This document shows, in pieces, positions 49,873-60,502 of a DNA stretch of 64,000 nucleotides (position 1 is its first letter; every line of letters starts with the position of its first letter). The stretch covers positions 4,640,001 to 4,704,000 of the forward strand of contig OY761556.1 of assembly GCA_963664705.1 (NCBI GenBank). The letters run 5' to 3'. A program made the position numbers and the translations under genes. The notes below the pieces were generated by a model. It was not told the origin of the DNA. It searched no databases and worked only from the letters and a program-made list of their open reading frames with translations. This DNA is from Acidobacteriota bacterium (GTDB lineage Bacteria > Acidobacteriota > UBA6911).

Positions 49873-52800
49873 TCAGGCTTGCCTGGCTTTTTGAAGTATC
49901 GCAGCCAGCTGCTGCCGCGAAAATGGCTTCTGAAGAATATAAGTTTCCGGATCCATCACTCCCTGGTGCTCGAGAATATCCGCGGTCCAGCCAGACATAA
50001 AGATACATTTCAGGCCCGGGCGTAATGACCAAATCTTGTTCGCCAGGTCGTGTCCATTCATTTTGGGCATCACAACATCGGACAGCAATACATCAATATC
50101 CCCGGGATGTGTTTGAGCCGAGCGGATCGCTTCATCCGGAGTTGCTGCCGGCAGAACCAAATAGCCCAGGTCTTCCAGCATTCTGGTGGTCAACCTCAAA
50201 ATGGAACCTTCATCTTCAACAAGCAAAACCGTTCCCTGCCCTTTTGCAGCCGACAGGGATCTATCCGATGTCCCGGCAGTGCTTCCCTGAAAACGAGGCA
50301 GATATATTTCAAACTTGGTGCCGGCTCCCTGTTTGCTTTGAACTTTGATATAGCCGCTGTTCTGTTTCACAATCCCATATACGGTCGACAATCCCAGTCC
50401 CGTTCCCTTTGTAGCATCCTTCGTTGTAAAGAACGGTTCAAAAATATGCTGCAGGGTCTGTTCATCCATCCCGACTCCGGTGTCTCTTATCGAGAGACAC
50501 ACGTAGTCGCCAGAGACCCAGTTGTCGTGCCCGGCCCCATACTGCTCCGTAACGGTTACATTTGCAGTTTCAATGGTCAACGTGCCGATCCCCTGAATCG
50601 CATCCCTGGCATTGACCGCGAGATTGGCCATTATCTGGTCTACCTGGGAAGGATCCATCCGGATGGTCCAGAGACCCTCTCCAGGATTCCATTCCATTCC
50701 GATATCTTCGCCGATGAGCCGTTTGAGCATCTTGGCCATGCCGGAAACGGTTTCGTTCAGATCCAGCACTTTGGGAACAACGGTTTGTTTCCGGGCAAAG
50801 GCCAACAACTGTCGCGTGAGATCGGCGGAACGCTGTGCTGCTTTCTGAATCTCCTTCAAATCGTCAAAGAGGGGTTGCGAGATATGCACCTGGTCCAGCG
50901 CGAGCTCAGTGTGGCCGAGAATGACGCCAAGCATATTGTTGAAGTCATGGGCGACGCCGCCCGCCAGGCGGCCGACCGATTCCATTTTTTGTGCCTGGAC
51001 AAAGAGCTCCGTCATGGTCTGCTTCTCGACTTCAGCCCGCTTGCGTTCTGTGATATCGCTGAAGATGACAGCAAATTGCCCTGGGGCGGTCTGGTAGGCA
51101 AATACATGGAACCAGTAATCCAGGGCTTCGCTATAGCCCTCAAAGTGGATGGGAGTGCCGGTCAAGGCAACCTGGCCATAATTGTCAATCCGCTGCGGCT
51201 CGATATTCGGGATCACCTCCGTAACACAGCGTCCCTGCAGTTCCGCACGCTTCAGGCCGGTCAACCGCTCAAACGCCGGGTTCACATCGAGAAACCGGTA
51301 GTCGTAGGGAATGCCTTCGGCATCCGCAATGATTTCGTGCAAGGCAAAACCCTCGGTCATGTTGTTGAACAGGGACCGATACCTTTCTTCGCTTTCCTTC
51401 AGCGCGCGCTCATCATTCTTTCTGTCAGTAATATCATGTGAGACACCGACAATTCCGATGATATTTCCTTTTTCATCCTGCCAGGGTGCCTTGATTGACA
51501 GGAATGACCGCCGTCCATCAACCGTATCAATGATCTCTTCCAGCTCCGCAGGATTTCCGCTCTCGACGATGCGTCGATCGTTTTCAAGAATGGCTTGCGC
51601 TGTCTGCGGATCATCGAAGATTTCCCGATCATTCCGGCCTAATGCCTGTGCCTCCGTTTTCCCAATAATCTGCAGCACAGCAGGGTTTGCCATCAACCAT
51701 CGACTATCCCGGCTCTTGACATAAATGGCATTCGGCGAATTCTCGATGACAGCCCGGAGCAGACTTTCGCTGCGTCGCACAGACTCTTCGGCGCGCCTGC
51801 GTTCGGAAATATCCACCAGGGTCGTCAGTGCCACCTTTTCGCCCTTGACAGTCAGCACAGACGAAGAAAACTGCGCCGTGAAGAGTTCTCCGGACTTTTT
51901 CCGGAATTCCTGCTCCCAGCCTCGAACTGAACCTTTGTCTTTCAGCGTCTGCAGGAATATGGCGGCATCTTCCTCGCTCGTCCAGATGTTCAGGTCGGTG
52001 GCGGAACGACCGATCACCTCTTCGCGATGCCGCTCATTGAGCGCCATCCAGGAATCATTCACCTCGAGAAATGTGCTGTCTTCCAAACGGGTCATCGCAA
52101 GGGCGGCGGGGTTGCCGGCAAAAGCTCTCGAGAATTTCTCTTCCGACAAGCGCACCATCTCTTCCGACTGTTTGCGTTCGGTAATGTCCCATGCCAATCC
52201 GTTTACCCAGCGCGGTTTCCCATCGGTGTCCCCAACCAGTTTTCCCCGGGCATTGATATACCGGATACTGCCATCCGGCCAAACGACGCGATATTCAACT
52301 TCCAGAGGGCTGCTCGTCTCAACGGCTCTATTCAGAGCCGCCGTAAGAAGCGGCCGATCATCCACATGCACTAACTTAAAAAACTCCTCGGAAGACACAA
52401 AGGAGCAGTCCGGGTCCATCCCCAGGCAGCGGCAGACCTGTTTATCAAAGTGCTGCGTCCTGTCCTGCAGGTCCATGCGCCAGATTCCCATTCCGGAGGA
52501 ACTCAAGGCCATTTCCAGGCTTTCATGGCTCTCCCGGAGTTCATTCTCTATCTGAACACGATCCGTGATGTCGAGACTGATACCTCCAACAAACTGCTCC
52601 CCGGCTGCGTTGCTAAAGGAAAACTTCGAAGACAACCAGAAGCTGTGAGCGCCATTGGCCTCAACCAGTTCTTCCAGAATCTTCTTCCTGGTATTTGATG
52701 CAAGAACTGCAAGATCATTGTTCCGAAACTGCCGTGCGACTTCCTGGGGGAAAAAGTCCGCATCCGTTTTTCCGAGCAGGTCCTTCTGCCGCACACCAAT

Positions 52801-53403
52801 CCGCTCTTCAACCCTGCTATTGGCATAGGCATACCGGCCATGCGCATCCTTGATCCAGGCATGCGTCGGGCTCATGTCCATAAACAGGCGGAATCTTTCT
52901 TCCGCCTCAATTCTGGCACTCTCGTTTTGTTTTCTTTTCGAGATATCCTGCAACGCCGTAATAACCAAATCTTCGCCGGCCACATTGATCAGTTCCGCCG
53001 AAAACAACGCCAGGAAAGGCTGACCCGATGATTTCTGCAGCGTTATTTCGCGATTTCGAATCTGTCCGTCAGCACGCAGCTCGTCCACAATCCTGGCTCT
53101 CAATTCCTTTTCGGGCCAAATGTTCAGAAGAGATGTTGGCCTGGCAATCGATTCGTCCCGGTTGAGTTCGAATAGGGCGGCACAGGCATTGTTCGCTTCC
53201 AATATCAGTCCGTCACTCAAACGCGTAATGGCAATGGCTACAGGGTTTGATGTGAAGGTCTTCAGGTAAACCTCGGGAGCAACGGGAGATTGAAGTGGCT
53301 TGATAGGATTATCCTCATTGGATTCCGTATGCTTTACATCGCTGTCTGGTCTTTTCGCTGGAGTAGTTTTGGGAGCGGATGATTGCATAGTGACATCTTT
53401 CAA
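49873..53403 (-). CDS. Cytoplasmic multi-PAS hybrid histidine kinase with C-terminal receiver
   Basis: About six PAS/PAC repeats (DIT/SER), AHDFNN, FEPFFTTK, GTGLGL, LSDVVMP; start may be 53388. Confidence 0.92.
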   Translation of the reverse strand: MKDVTMQSSAPKTTPAKRPDSDVKHTESNEDNPIKPLQSPVAPEVYLKTFTSNPVAIAITRLSDGLILEANNACAALFELNRDESIARPTSLLNIWPEKELRARIVDELRADGQIRNREITLQKSSGQPFLALFSAELINVAGEDLVITALQDISKRKQNESARIEAEERFRLFMDMSPTHAWIKDAHGRYAYANSRVEERIGVRQKDLLGKTDADFFPQEVARQFRNNDLAVLASNTRKKILEELVEANGAHSFWLSSKFSFSNAAGEQFVGGISLDITDRVQIENELRESHESLEMALSSSGMGIWRMDLQDRTQHFDKQVCRCLGMDPDCSFVSSEEFFKLVHVDDRPLLTAALNRAVETSSPLEVEYRVVWPDGSIRYINARGKLVGDTDGKPRWVNGLAWDITERKQSEEMVRLSEEKFSRAFAGNPAALAMTRLEDSTFLEVNDSWMALNERHREEVIGRSATDLNIWTSEEDAAIFLQTLKDKGSVRGWEQEFRKKSGELFTAQFSSSVLTVKGEKVALTTLVDISERRRAEESVRRSESLLRAVIENSPNAIYVKSRDSRWLMANPAVLQIIGKTEAQALGRNDREIFDDPQTAQAILENDRRIVESGNPAELEEIIDTVDGRRSFLSIKAPWQDEKGNIIGIVGVSHDITDRKNDERALKESEERYRSLFNNMTEGFALHEIIADAEGIPYDYRFLDVNPAFERLTGLKRAELQGRCVTEVIPNIEPQRIDNYGQVALTGTPIHFEGYSEALDYWFHVFAYQTAPGQFAVIFSDITERKRAEVEKQTMTELFVQAQKMESVGRLAGGVAHDFNNMLGVILGHTELALDQVHISQPLFDDLKEIQKAAQRSADLTRQLLAFARKQTVVPKVLDLNETVSGMAKMLKRLIGEDIGMEWNPGEGLWTIRMDPSQVDQIMANLAVNARDAIQGIGTLTIETANVTVTEQYGAGHDNWVSGDYVCLSIRDTGVGMDEQTLQHIFEPFFTTKDATKGTGLGLSTVYGIVKQNSGYIKVQSKQGAGTKFEIYLPRFQGSTAGTSDRSLSAAKGQGTVLLVEDEGSILRLTTRMLEDLGYLVLPAATPDEAIRSAQTHPGDIDVLLSDVVMPKMNGHDLANKIWSLRPGLKCIFMSGWTADILEHQGVMDPETYILQKPFSRQQLAAILQKARQA

Positions 53404-53559
53404 AAATACAGGTTTCTCCCCAATGCCTTCAGGTGGCTTGGGAGCTTTTCTCCTATTTGTGCGCGCGATGAAGGTGAGATTGTACTCCTGAAGATCCGAA
53501 AATCCGGTCGAAATCTGCGCGGGATTGTGTTTTATCGCTAATATCCCGCGATGCCGGTT

Positions 53560-55602
53560 CTAAAATCGCAGCGCCAGTTTACCGTAGGCCATGCGAGGGA
53601 CCTCAGAGGGATCGTGATTATCCCTGTCCGCCCCCCACTCCCGATGCTGTTTGTTCAGAAGATTCTGGCCTACTATGGAGAATTCCCAGTGGTCGGAAAT
53701 CTGATACCCGAACCTGGCATCCAGTTCGACATAGCCATCCACGCTCAAGACCGGCATTTCGCTTACATAGCGCGTACTGATATCGAATTCAAAGCGCCGT
53801 CTGAAATCCATGATGGATTGGAATGAAAGCTGGTTAGCCGGGTTTTGTCCCTCCTCGGCTTTTGATCGCGTATCCTTGCTATTGGCATCCGGAATGAGGT
53901 TCATGTGCAAATAGCTGTATCCCGTCTTCAGTTGCCACCAGCCCGTCAACTTCAAGTCAATTGCTATCTCCACTCCATACGTTCTGCCGCTCATCAGATT
54001 ATCCATCCGAAGTGGAATGACACGGTGCGTGGGGGAGGGTGAAGTCTCGACAAATGGAGTTTCCGGTTCAAATGTCCTGAGCTGGTCGTAGAAGTTATAA
54101 AACAGCCCCACATCAAAATAGACCCTGTTATGGGGTTGCGTGCGATATCCCGCCTCCAGGGCCAGCACATCTTCGTGATCAATCGTATGGTTGCCAAGTA
54201 TCCTCAGCACGCTGGGCATGCTGCCAGGAATAACCGTCGGGTTGTGCCGGCTGTCGGACTCGATGCGATCAGGCGTTCTTATGGCCCGGGAGATCGAGGT
54301 CCAGAAGGTATTTTTCTTATTGGGCATCCAGGCCAGATTTGCGCTGGGTTCAAGTTCCGCCCCGGTGTAGTCGTTATGCTCGAATTTTGTTCCGACGGTA
54401 AATACCAACTTGTTCTTAACCAGGGAAATGGAATCCTGCACAAATCCGCTATAAAGCTTGTCCGTTCGGCGGGCCGGATCAAAGGAAAAGAAGAACGAGT
54501 CCCCGATAGAATCATGCGTAATGCGGAATCCCAGGCCCCAGAGTATTTCGTGGTTATCACGCCAGATGAATCGTCTCTGGAAATCCACGTCAAAGGTGTG
54601 CAGCCCTTCGCTTAATCGGACGTTCTCGCGCACGGAATGATCATAGTATGCCTGCAGCTGGAAATCCGAACGCGCCGAATATCGACGCTGCCAGCGTCCA
54701 ACCGCGTTGAATCCCTTCATTGTAGCGCGGTCAATGACGTTCTGAACGTAGGGAGCGGTCAAGCTCGGCAGAGCTAACGGTTCGCCGGCCTCCCCTTTGT
54801 AAATATCAGCCTGGAACGACAATGAATCACGATTAGACAAGTTAGAGTCTGCGCGAAATCCGGCACGAACAGCTTTCCAATAATCTCCGGAGGCAGTGCC
54901 GTCGGCATCGGCAGACTCTTCGTCATTGAAATATTTGGCGTATGCCCGGTAGTAACTGCCCTGTGAAAGGCTGCCTCCATATCGAACTCCAAATGACCCG
55001 TGGTCTTTGGATCCGACAGCTGCGGTCGCAAGCGATCCCGTGGTGGCCGCCGAGTGCTTGGTAATAATATTGATGATGCCATTGACGGCATTGGCGCCCC
55101 AGAGGCTGCTCCCGGGACCACGAATAACTTCGATCCGGTCGACGTCGTCCAGCAGCATATCCTGCGTATCCCAGTAAACACCGGAAAAAAGCGGGGAATA
55201 TACGGTTCTCCCGTCGACAAGCACAAGAAGCTTGGAGGCAAAGCGGCCGTTAAAGCCTCTCGACGTAATCGCCCACTTGTTCGTATTGATGCGGGCAACG
55301 CTCATTCCCGGCACCATTCGCAGGGCATCCGGAATCGTGGTTACGCCCGACCGGCGGATGTCCTCTCCGGTGAGGACATAAGCCGCGGAAGGAGTTTCAA
55401 AGGCTTTTTGCGGTTTTCTGGATGTTGAGGTAATAGTCACATCCAGGTTCATTAGTTCTTCCAGGGATAGTTGTGTAAGCGCTCCTGCCGGGTCCTTCGC
55501 ACCATTCTGTGCGGCGGCCGGGCCGGCGGAAATGCCCAGGAAAAGAATGACGAAACAGACGGCAGCCCGCACAGGGATCAAGCTTCGCGATGAAAGCTGC
55601 AT
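53560..55602 (-). CDS. TonB-dependent receptor (YfiR-associated type)
   Basis: LSLEELMN, plug motif IPDALRMVPG...RIEVIRGPGSSLWGANAVNGIINIITK, terminal Phe. Confidence 0.92.
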   Translation of the reverse strand: MQLSSRSLIPVRAAVCFVILFLGISAGPAAAQNGAKDPAGALTQLSLEELMNLDVTITSTSRKPQKAFETPSAAYVLTGEDIRRSGVTTIPDALRMVPGMSVARINTNKWAITSRGFNGRFASKLLVLVDGRTVYSPLFSGVYWDTQDMLLDDVDRIEVIRGPGSSLWGANAVNGIINIITKHSAATTGSLATAAVGSKDHGSFGVRYGGSLSQGSYYRAYAKYFNDEESADADGTASGDYWKAVRAGFRADSNLSNRDSLSFQADIYKGEAGEPLALPSLTAPYVQNVIDRATMKGFNAVGRWQRRYSARSDFQLQAYYDHSVRENVRLSEGLHTFDVDFQRRFIWRDNHEILWGLGFRITHDSIGDSFFFSFDPARRTDKLYSGFVQDSISLVKNKLVFTVGTKFEHNDYTGAELEPSANLAWMPNKKNTFWTSISRAIRTPDRIESDSRHNPTVIPGSMPSVLRILGNHTIDHEDVLALEAGYRTQPHNRVYFDVGLFYNFYDQLRTFEPETPFVETSPSPTHRVIPLRMDNLMSGRTYGVEIAIDLKLTGWWQLKTGYSYLHMNLIPDANSKDTRSKAEEGQNPANQLSFQSIMDFRRRFEFDISTRYVSEMPVLSVDGYVELDARFGYQISDHWEFSIVGQNLLNKQHREWGADRDNHDPSEVPRMAYGKLALRF

Positions 55603-55686
55603 GCACCGCCCCCGATTATCAACAGTCACCAACCGTCTCATCCTTCAACTCCAATCCTATAACTGCGATCGCATCCTGAAAGAAAA

Positions 55687-58209
55687 TCAAACTTCTATGG
55701 ATTCATTGGTCAGCCGGCCCTGAAGTGCTGTCCGGACTTTGCCATATTCTTCAATGATCCGCGAAACCAGGTCCCCTACGTCGGACAGCTCGTCTTTTCT
55801 GCACGCATTGTCCAGTTCTCTGCTTATTTTGGAAAGATCATCCGCACCCACAATGGGGCTGCTTCCTGCGAGGCTATGCGCAGAACGGCCCATCCCCTTT
55901 GCGTCTCTTGCCTGCCAGGCATCCGTCAGCGTCTGCATCAGCATATCGGAACTCGATATATATTTTCGGATGGAGGAAACTACGTAATCCTCTTCGCCTT
56001 CTTCCTGAAGTTCGGCAAGTAGATTCAGGGCATCTTCATTGATGGGAGATCCAGTGCTTTGGCCGGGGGTATCCTGGGAGGATGTCGGCATCATTTCGCC
56101 GGAATCGGCAATCGGCTCTGAATCTGCGGATGCCTGGCCGGCTACCCAACGGTCAAGGACGGCCCTGATGCCGCCCAAATTGAACGGTTTGCTCAGATAG
56201 TCATCCATCCCGGCGTCCAGGCACTTTTCGCGGTCTCCCCGCATTGAATGAGCGGTCAGCGCGATGATGGGCACATGGATGGAATCTCCTCGTTCCTTCT
56301 CGAGGAGGCGAATCGCCGCCGTTGCCTGGTAGCCATCCATGACCGGCATCTGACAGTCCATCAGGACCAGATCATAGCGGCCCTTGGAATAGGCCTGCAC
56401 GGCATCCCGGCCATTTTCCGATATGTCCGCCCCGCACCCAAAATGCGCGAGCATTCCGGAAACCACAGTCTGGTTGACTATATTATCTTCTGCAACCAGG
56501 ATGCATCGCCCGGCAAACCTCTGACTGTTTTCGGCCGCATCATCCGAACTCAAAGCACTGAGTTGCTCTGCCATGGATGCTTCCTGAGACTCCAGCCCAT
56601 CCACATTGGGTGATAGCGACATTTCAATGTTGAAGAAGAACCGGGCGCCTTTGCCCACCTGACTTTCACAATCCAGCTGGCCGCCCATGAGGGAAACCAG
56701 TTGGCTCGATATGGCCAGGCCAAGGCCGGTGCCGCCATATTTGCGAGTGGTCGTTCCATCCGCCTGTGAAAAAGCCCGAAAAAGCCGCTTGCGATTTTCA
56801 GTCGAGATGCCAATGCCTGTGTCCGTTACCGAAATGCTCAGCAAAACTCTTCCGGCATCTGTCAAGGCAGTGGATGCCCGTAACAGGACCTCCCCCTTCT
56901 CCGTAAACTTAATGGCATTCCCAACCAGGTTGATGATGATCTGACGGAGCCGGATCGGATCCCCCTGCAAAAATGTCTGTGTTTCTTCGGGCACAACAAC
57001 GGCGAGTTCAAGCTTCTTGGCCCTGGCATGAGGCGAAAGCAGTTGTACCGCTTCGTCGATCAAGGTGCGAAGATTAAAATCGACAGTTTCCAGCTGAAGT
57101 TTGCCGGCTTCGATCTTCGAAAAATCCAGAATATCGTTGATAATCGTCAGCAGAGATTCTCCCGATCCACGGATGATTTCCGCGGACCGCCGCTGCTCCC
57201 GATCAAGCCTGGTCTCCAGAAGCAGATCGACCATCCCGAGAACACCATTCATGGGAGTGCGAATCTCATGGCTCATGTTGGCAAGAAACTGGGACTTCAG
57301 ACGACTGGCCTCTTCAGCCGCTGCTTTAGCCTTTTCCAGACTCTCAACCGTGGCTTCAAGTTCGGCCTTCGCCCGTGACAGGTCCACGGTGCGTTCGGCA
57401 ATCATAATTTCCAGGTCGGAGCTGTATCGCATCAAGACTGTATCGCGGTCATGAATCTCATGGATCATTTCATTGAAATGATCTATCAGCGCGCCAAACT
57501 CGTCATTGCTCGGTTTTTCAACGCGTACGTCATAATGTTTTTCCTGCGTCACCTTGCTCATCGAGTTCATCAAGGCCAGAAGCGGCGCGGAAAACACTTT
57601 TTGCATCTTCGCCGACAGCAGAACAACCCCAACAAGCGTTATGGCCACGACAGATATCAATACAATGGTGTAATTCTTGAGTTTGCCGCGAATTCCCTGC
57701 CTGTCATCCACAAGATGAACCGCGCCGACATACTGGCCCTGGCTTAGAACAGGCCGGATGACGTGAACATACCGTCCGGTTCGATAGGCTATCTGACTAT
57801 GCTCCTTGAGTTCCGTCGCAAGAGGCGGCCGGTTCGGATAAGCGTTTGCCAGCTCCCGCATCAATGCCTGGACATTAGTATCTCCGCGTTGATACGTGCT
57901 GTAAGGGTTGCCCTTTCCGTCATAAAGGACTGCCCCCGCAATCCCGGATCGCACGGATAACGATTTAAGATTGTCCCGGGCTGCCTGCTCATCCTGGAAG
58001 GTCATTGCGGCAGCACTATTCAAGGCGACAAGATCGGCCATAGAACGCAGTTCTTCCACCAGATTTCTTTCGGAACTGACTTTCTCGTTGATGACCAGTG
58101 CAATCGACACTGGCAACAATGCCAGAATGGCGGTGAGGCTTAGCAGCCAGAGCAGCTTGGTCCGGATTGGGAGGTCCCGCATTCGAATGGCTCTTGTTGG
58201 CATTTTCAT
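55687..58209 (-). CDS. Hybrid sensor kinase (periplasmic sensor, HAMP, HisKA, HATPase, REC, Hpt)
   Basis: [37 protein letters not shown]. Confidence 0.93.
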   Translation of the reverse strand: MKMPTRAIRMRDLPIRTKLLWLLSLTAILALLPVSIALVINEKVSSERNLVEELRSMADLVALNSAAAMTFQDEQAARDNLKSLSVRSGIAGAVLYDGKGNPYSTYQRGDTNVQALMRELANAYPNRPPLATELKEHSQIAYRTGRYVHVIRPVLSQGQYVGAVHLVDDRQGIRGKLKNYTIVLISVVAITLVGVVLLSAKMQKVFSAPLLALMNSMSKVTQEKHYDVRVEKPSNDEFGALIDHFNEMIHEIHDRDTVLMRYSSDLEIMIAERTVDLSRAKAELEATVESLEKAKAAAEEASRLKSQFLANMSHEIRTPMNGVLGMVDLLLETRLDREQRRSAEIIRGSGESLLTIINDILDFSKIEAGKLQLETVDFNLRTLIDEAVQLLSPHARAKKLELAVVVPEETQTFLQGDPIRLRQIIINLVGNAIKFTEKGEVLLRASTALTDAGRVLLSISVTDTGIGISTENRKRLFRAFSQADGTTTRKYGGTGLGLAISSQLVSLMGGQLDCESQVGKGARFFFNIEMSLSPNVDGLESQEASMAEQLSALSSDDAAENSQRFAGRCILVAEDNIVNQTVVSGMLAHFGCGADISENGRDAVQAYSKGRYDLVLMDCQMPVMDGYQATAAIRLLEKERGDSIHVPIIALTAHSMRGDREKCLDAGMDDYLSKPFNLGGIRAVLDRWVAGQASADSEPIADSGEMMPTSSQDTPGQSTGSPINEDALNLLAELQEEGEEDYVVSSIRKYISSSDMLMQTLTDAWQARDAKGMGRSAHSLAGSSPIVGADDLSKISRELDNACRKDELSDVGDLVSRIIEEYGKVRTALQGRLTNESIEV

Positions 58210-58787
58210 TGGGCTCCCACTACCGTAGCCAGCTTTAGGAGATGTGAACTGAAGCGAAGGTTTTGCCGGCGAGCATTTTCCACATTAATTTCAAAACCCA
58301 GTTTCCCGCCTTTATTGATCAGGCCAATCACCCCACCAATGCGGGCAAAATTATTTACCTCCCCAATGGTTAATACAGGCTTATGACTGAGGGCTGCCAG
58401 AATGCGCAGTTGATCGGCGTGATCCACTTCGCGGCTCATGAAAAGTACCTGGCATCCGTCCATGTTCGCCGAATCATTGGCATTTCGAATTCGAATGGTC
58501 TGTGAGCCCACGGGCTGACCGTTGATAGCCTCAAAGCCTGATATCGTGCTATCGCTGCCCATAAGGCAAAGGTCGCAGGTATTCGGTAACCTGGAGCCGT
58601 TCGTCGGACTCGTCCATTGGACATACCGTGCAAAATTGAGAACGAATGCGGATTTGACGGAGTACTCTTCCAGCCCACCGGCCGCCGAATCTACGCGGCG
58701 CGGCAGAAGGATATTCACTATCAACCCAAGGCTGATAAGAACTGCAGCAGCGCTATATCGATTCAGTGCGCGAGTCATAGCAGACAA
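58206..58787 (-). CDS. YfiR-family (DUF4154) periplasmic protein
   Basis: [41 protein letters not shown]; overlaps the kinase start. Confidence 0.9.
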   Translation of the reverse strand: MSAMTRALNRYSAAAVLISLGLIVNILLPRRVDSAAGGLEEYSVKSAFVLNFARYVQWTSPTNGSRLPNTCDLCLMGSDSTISGFEAINGQPVGSQTIRIRNANDSANMDGCQVLFMSREVDHADQLRILAALSHKPVLTIGEVNNFARIGGVIGLINKGGKLGFEINVENARRQNLRFSSHLLKLATVVGAQ

Positions 58788-58953
58788 CGGTTTCTGCGGA
58801 GCGAGGTGAATGCGGGCGGCAAAGCCCTATCCAGTCTTGCTTCCAGCTTAAGAAGCTAGTATCGGCATATCCAGGACTTGGCTTTAAGTATGGATAAAAC
58901 TGTAATTTATTGATATTGCAGTTTTTATCAACTTTTGAAGGGGATACTGCAGG

Positions 58954-58972
58954 GAGCGCCGCCGTCTCGCCC
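58954..58972 (+). repeat. 19-bp direct repeat, right copy
   Basis: Identical to 49798-49816. Confidence 0.85.
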
Positions 58973-59056
58973 ACTGCGGCATACTATTGGTCGAGCGCGA
59001 AGGCTTGCCACCGCCATCGGCTTTTATGGTTTTCAAAGGCGGCAGTAGCGGCTTTT

Positions 59057-59647
59057 TTAGCCCTGCCCTGACTTGCAGGCAGCAGAGGTTTGTTGGCCTC
59101 GAAACGCGGAAGCCAACAATTCTTTGATCTTGAGAACGGTGTTCCAATTACGGCCTGTTCCGCGAGTTCCAAGTTTCTGCTCCATCAGCGCATTCGTCAG
59201 CCTGGAATGACCGATCCCATCCGGAAAGGTCACATAGAGTTGCCGGCCTTTGAGCCCAACGAGTTCAGGTCCACGGATCGCCGTTCGCAGAGCCTCGACA
59301 TCCCTGGTCGCTGGCGCACTCTTCAGACAGATCACCACAAGATGGCCGGGATCCTGTGCCGCCTCCCTGGGGAAAGGATTGTCCCTAATCAGCGCAGTCC
59401 ACTCCTCCGCGGAACGAATAAAAAAATCAGTGTTCAAACCCAATCTCCTGCCGGCCTCCGATTCGAGAGTGTGTTCCAATTGTTCTTCAGATCCGGCTTT
59501 GGTGCTGAAAATCAGGTTCCCGCTTTGCAGCAGCGATTTGGGGTCAACAAAACCGCATCGAGTCAGGAGATCGCGCAAATCCTCCATCGCAACCTGCTTG
59601 TGGCCTCCGACATTGATTCCTCTCAGCAGCGCAACATAGGAGATCAT
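59057..59647 (-). CDS. DUF1697-family protein
   Basis: YVALLRGINVGG, QSGN, TGRNWNT. Confidence 0.9.
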   Translation of the reverse strand: MISYVALLRGINVGGHKQVAMEDLRDLLTRCGFVDPKSLLQSGNLIFSTKAGSEEQLEHTLESEAGRRLGLNTDFFIRSAEEWTALIRDNPFPREAAQDPGHLVVICLKSAPATRDVEALRTAIRGPELVGLKGRQLYVTFPDGIGHSRLTNALMEQKLGTRGTGRNWNTVLKIKELLASAFRGQQTSAACKSGQG

Positions 59648-59708
59648 GGGAGTTCAGCGGATGGCAAAGGGGGTCGGCACAAGAGATCCGATCCCCCTGC
59701 CTGGACGA

Positions 59709-60341
59709 TCAATGAATCGTGGATGTTTGGGATATTTCATCTTTGGCCGGTGCAACGACGTCTTCCGCGGTCCACTCATAGCCAAGATAGGAATTCCATT
59801 GCAGCAGTTCCTCCCGAAATTCATCATAGCTTTTCTGGAGTGTCTGATAGAACTTTGCACTTTCCAATGCAATGGCTCCGAAGTTAGCAGCCACACCGGC
59901 GAAGGAAGCATCCGCATCGGTAAAGGTTCGAGGGTCGGAAGAATAGACCCTCATGACACCGATGACTTCTTCCCTTAATCTCACCGGAACGCTCAGGATG
60001 GATGCAATCCCCTCCTGCGCGACCTGCTTCCTGAATTGAATCCGGTCATCGGTGGTGGCGTCCTTCACCGCCACCGCTTTGCCTTCCAGCGATTCGGACA
60101 TGCTCCTGTCGGTTAAAACGGGCCCGATTCTGGCATACCAGTTGCTCAATCCATACGCAACAATCCGAAGGAGTTCCTTTTTGTCAGGCGTAAGCAGCAG
60201 CAATGAACAGCCTTTTGCATCCATTGCCAGCGCCACATTTTCCACAATGGAGTGAAGAATATCCTCAGGAGAACGAGCGGAATTCAGCGTTGTGGCCAAT
60301 TGATACAAACTATGGAAATACGTTTTTTCGATTCCCTCCAT
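59709..60341 (-). CDS. Standalone GAF-domain protein
   Basis: KGCSLLLL, AYGLS, SILSVPV..VIGVMRVY; GAGGAGG RBS. Confidence 0.88.
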   Translation of the reverse strand: MEGIEKTYFHSLYQLATTLNSARSPEDILHSIVENVALAMDAKGCSLLLLTPDKKELLRIVAYGLSNWYARIGPVLTDRSMSESLEGKAVAVKDATTDDRIQFRKQVAQEGIASILSVPVRLREEVIGVMRVYSSDPRTFTDADASFAGVAANFGAIALESAKFYQTLQKSYDEFREELLQWNSYLGYEWTAEDVVAPAKDEISQTSTIH

Positions 60342-60434
60342 AACCGTACCTCCTCAGCCTTATTGACATAAGTATACTCTTCCGCTCGAACGGCTGCAGA
60401 GGACGCCGGTTATTTGTACGGTATATTGCTGCCG

Positions 60435-60469
60435 ACTTAAAAACTGAAGGCGGTGGCAACCACCGCCTT
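60435..60469 (-). terminator. Rho-independent terminator after the S1-like gene
   Basis: AAGGCGGTGG-CAA-CCACCGCCTT stem (60447-60469), followed on the minus strand by CAGTTTTT. Confidence 0.6.
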
Positions 60470-60502
60470 TCATATGCCTAGCCGAAACGCGGATGCTCCC
60501 GG

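Noticed and set aside
37236-51441. Long antisense ORFs (37236-38327, 39555-40772, 44142-45311, 50050-51441)
   Set aside because: Each lies opposite a well-supported gene and shows no motifs; typical shadow ORFs in GC-rich coding DNA
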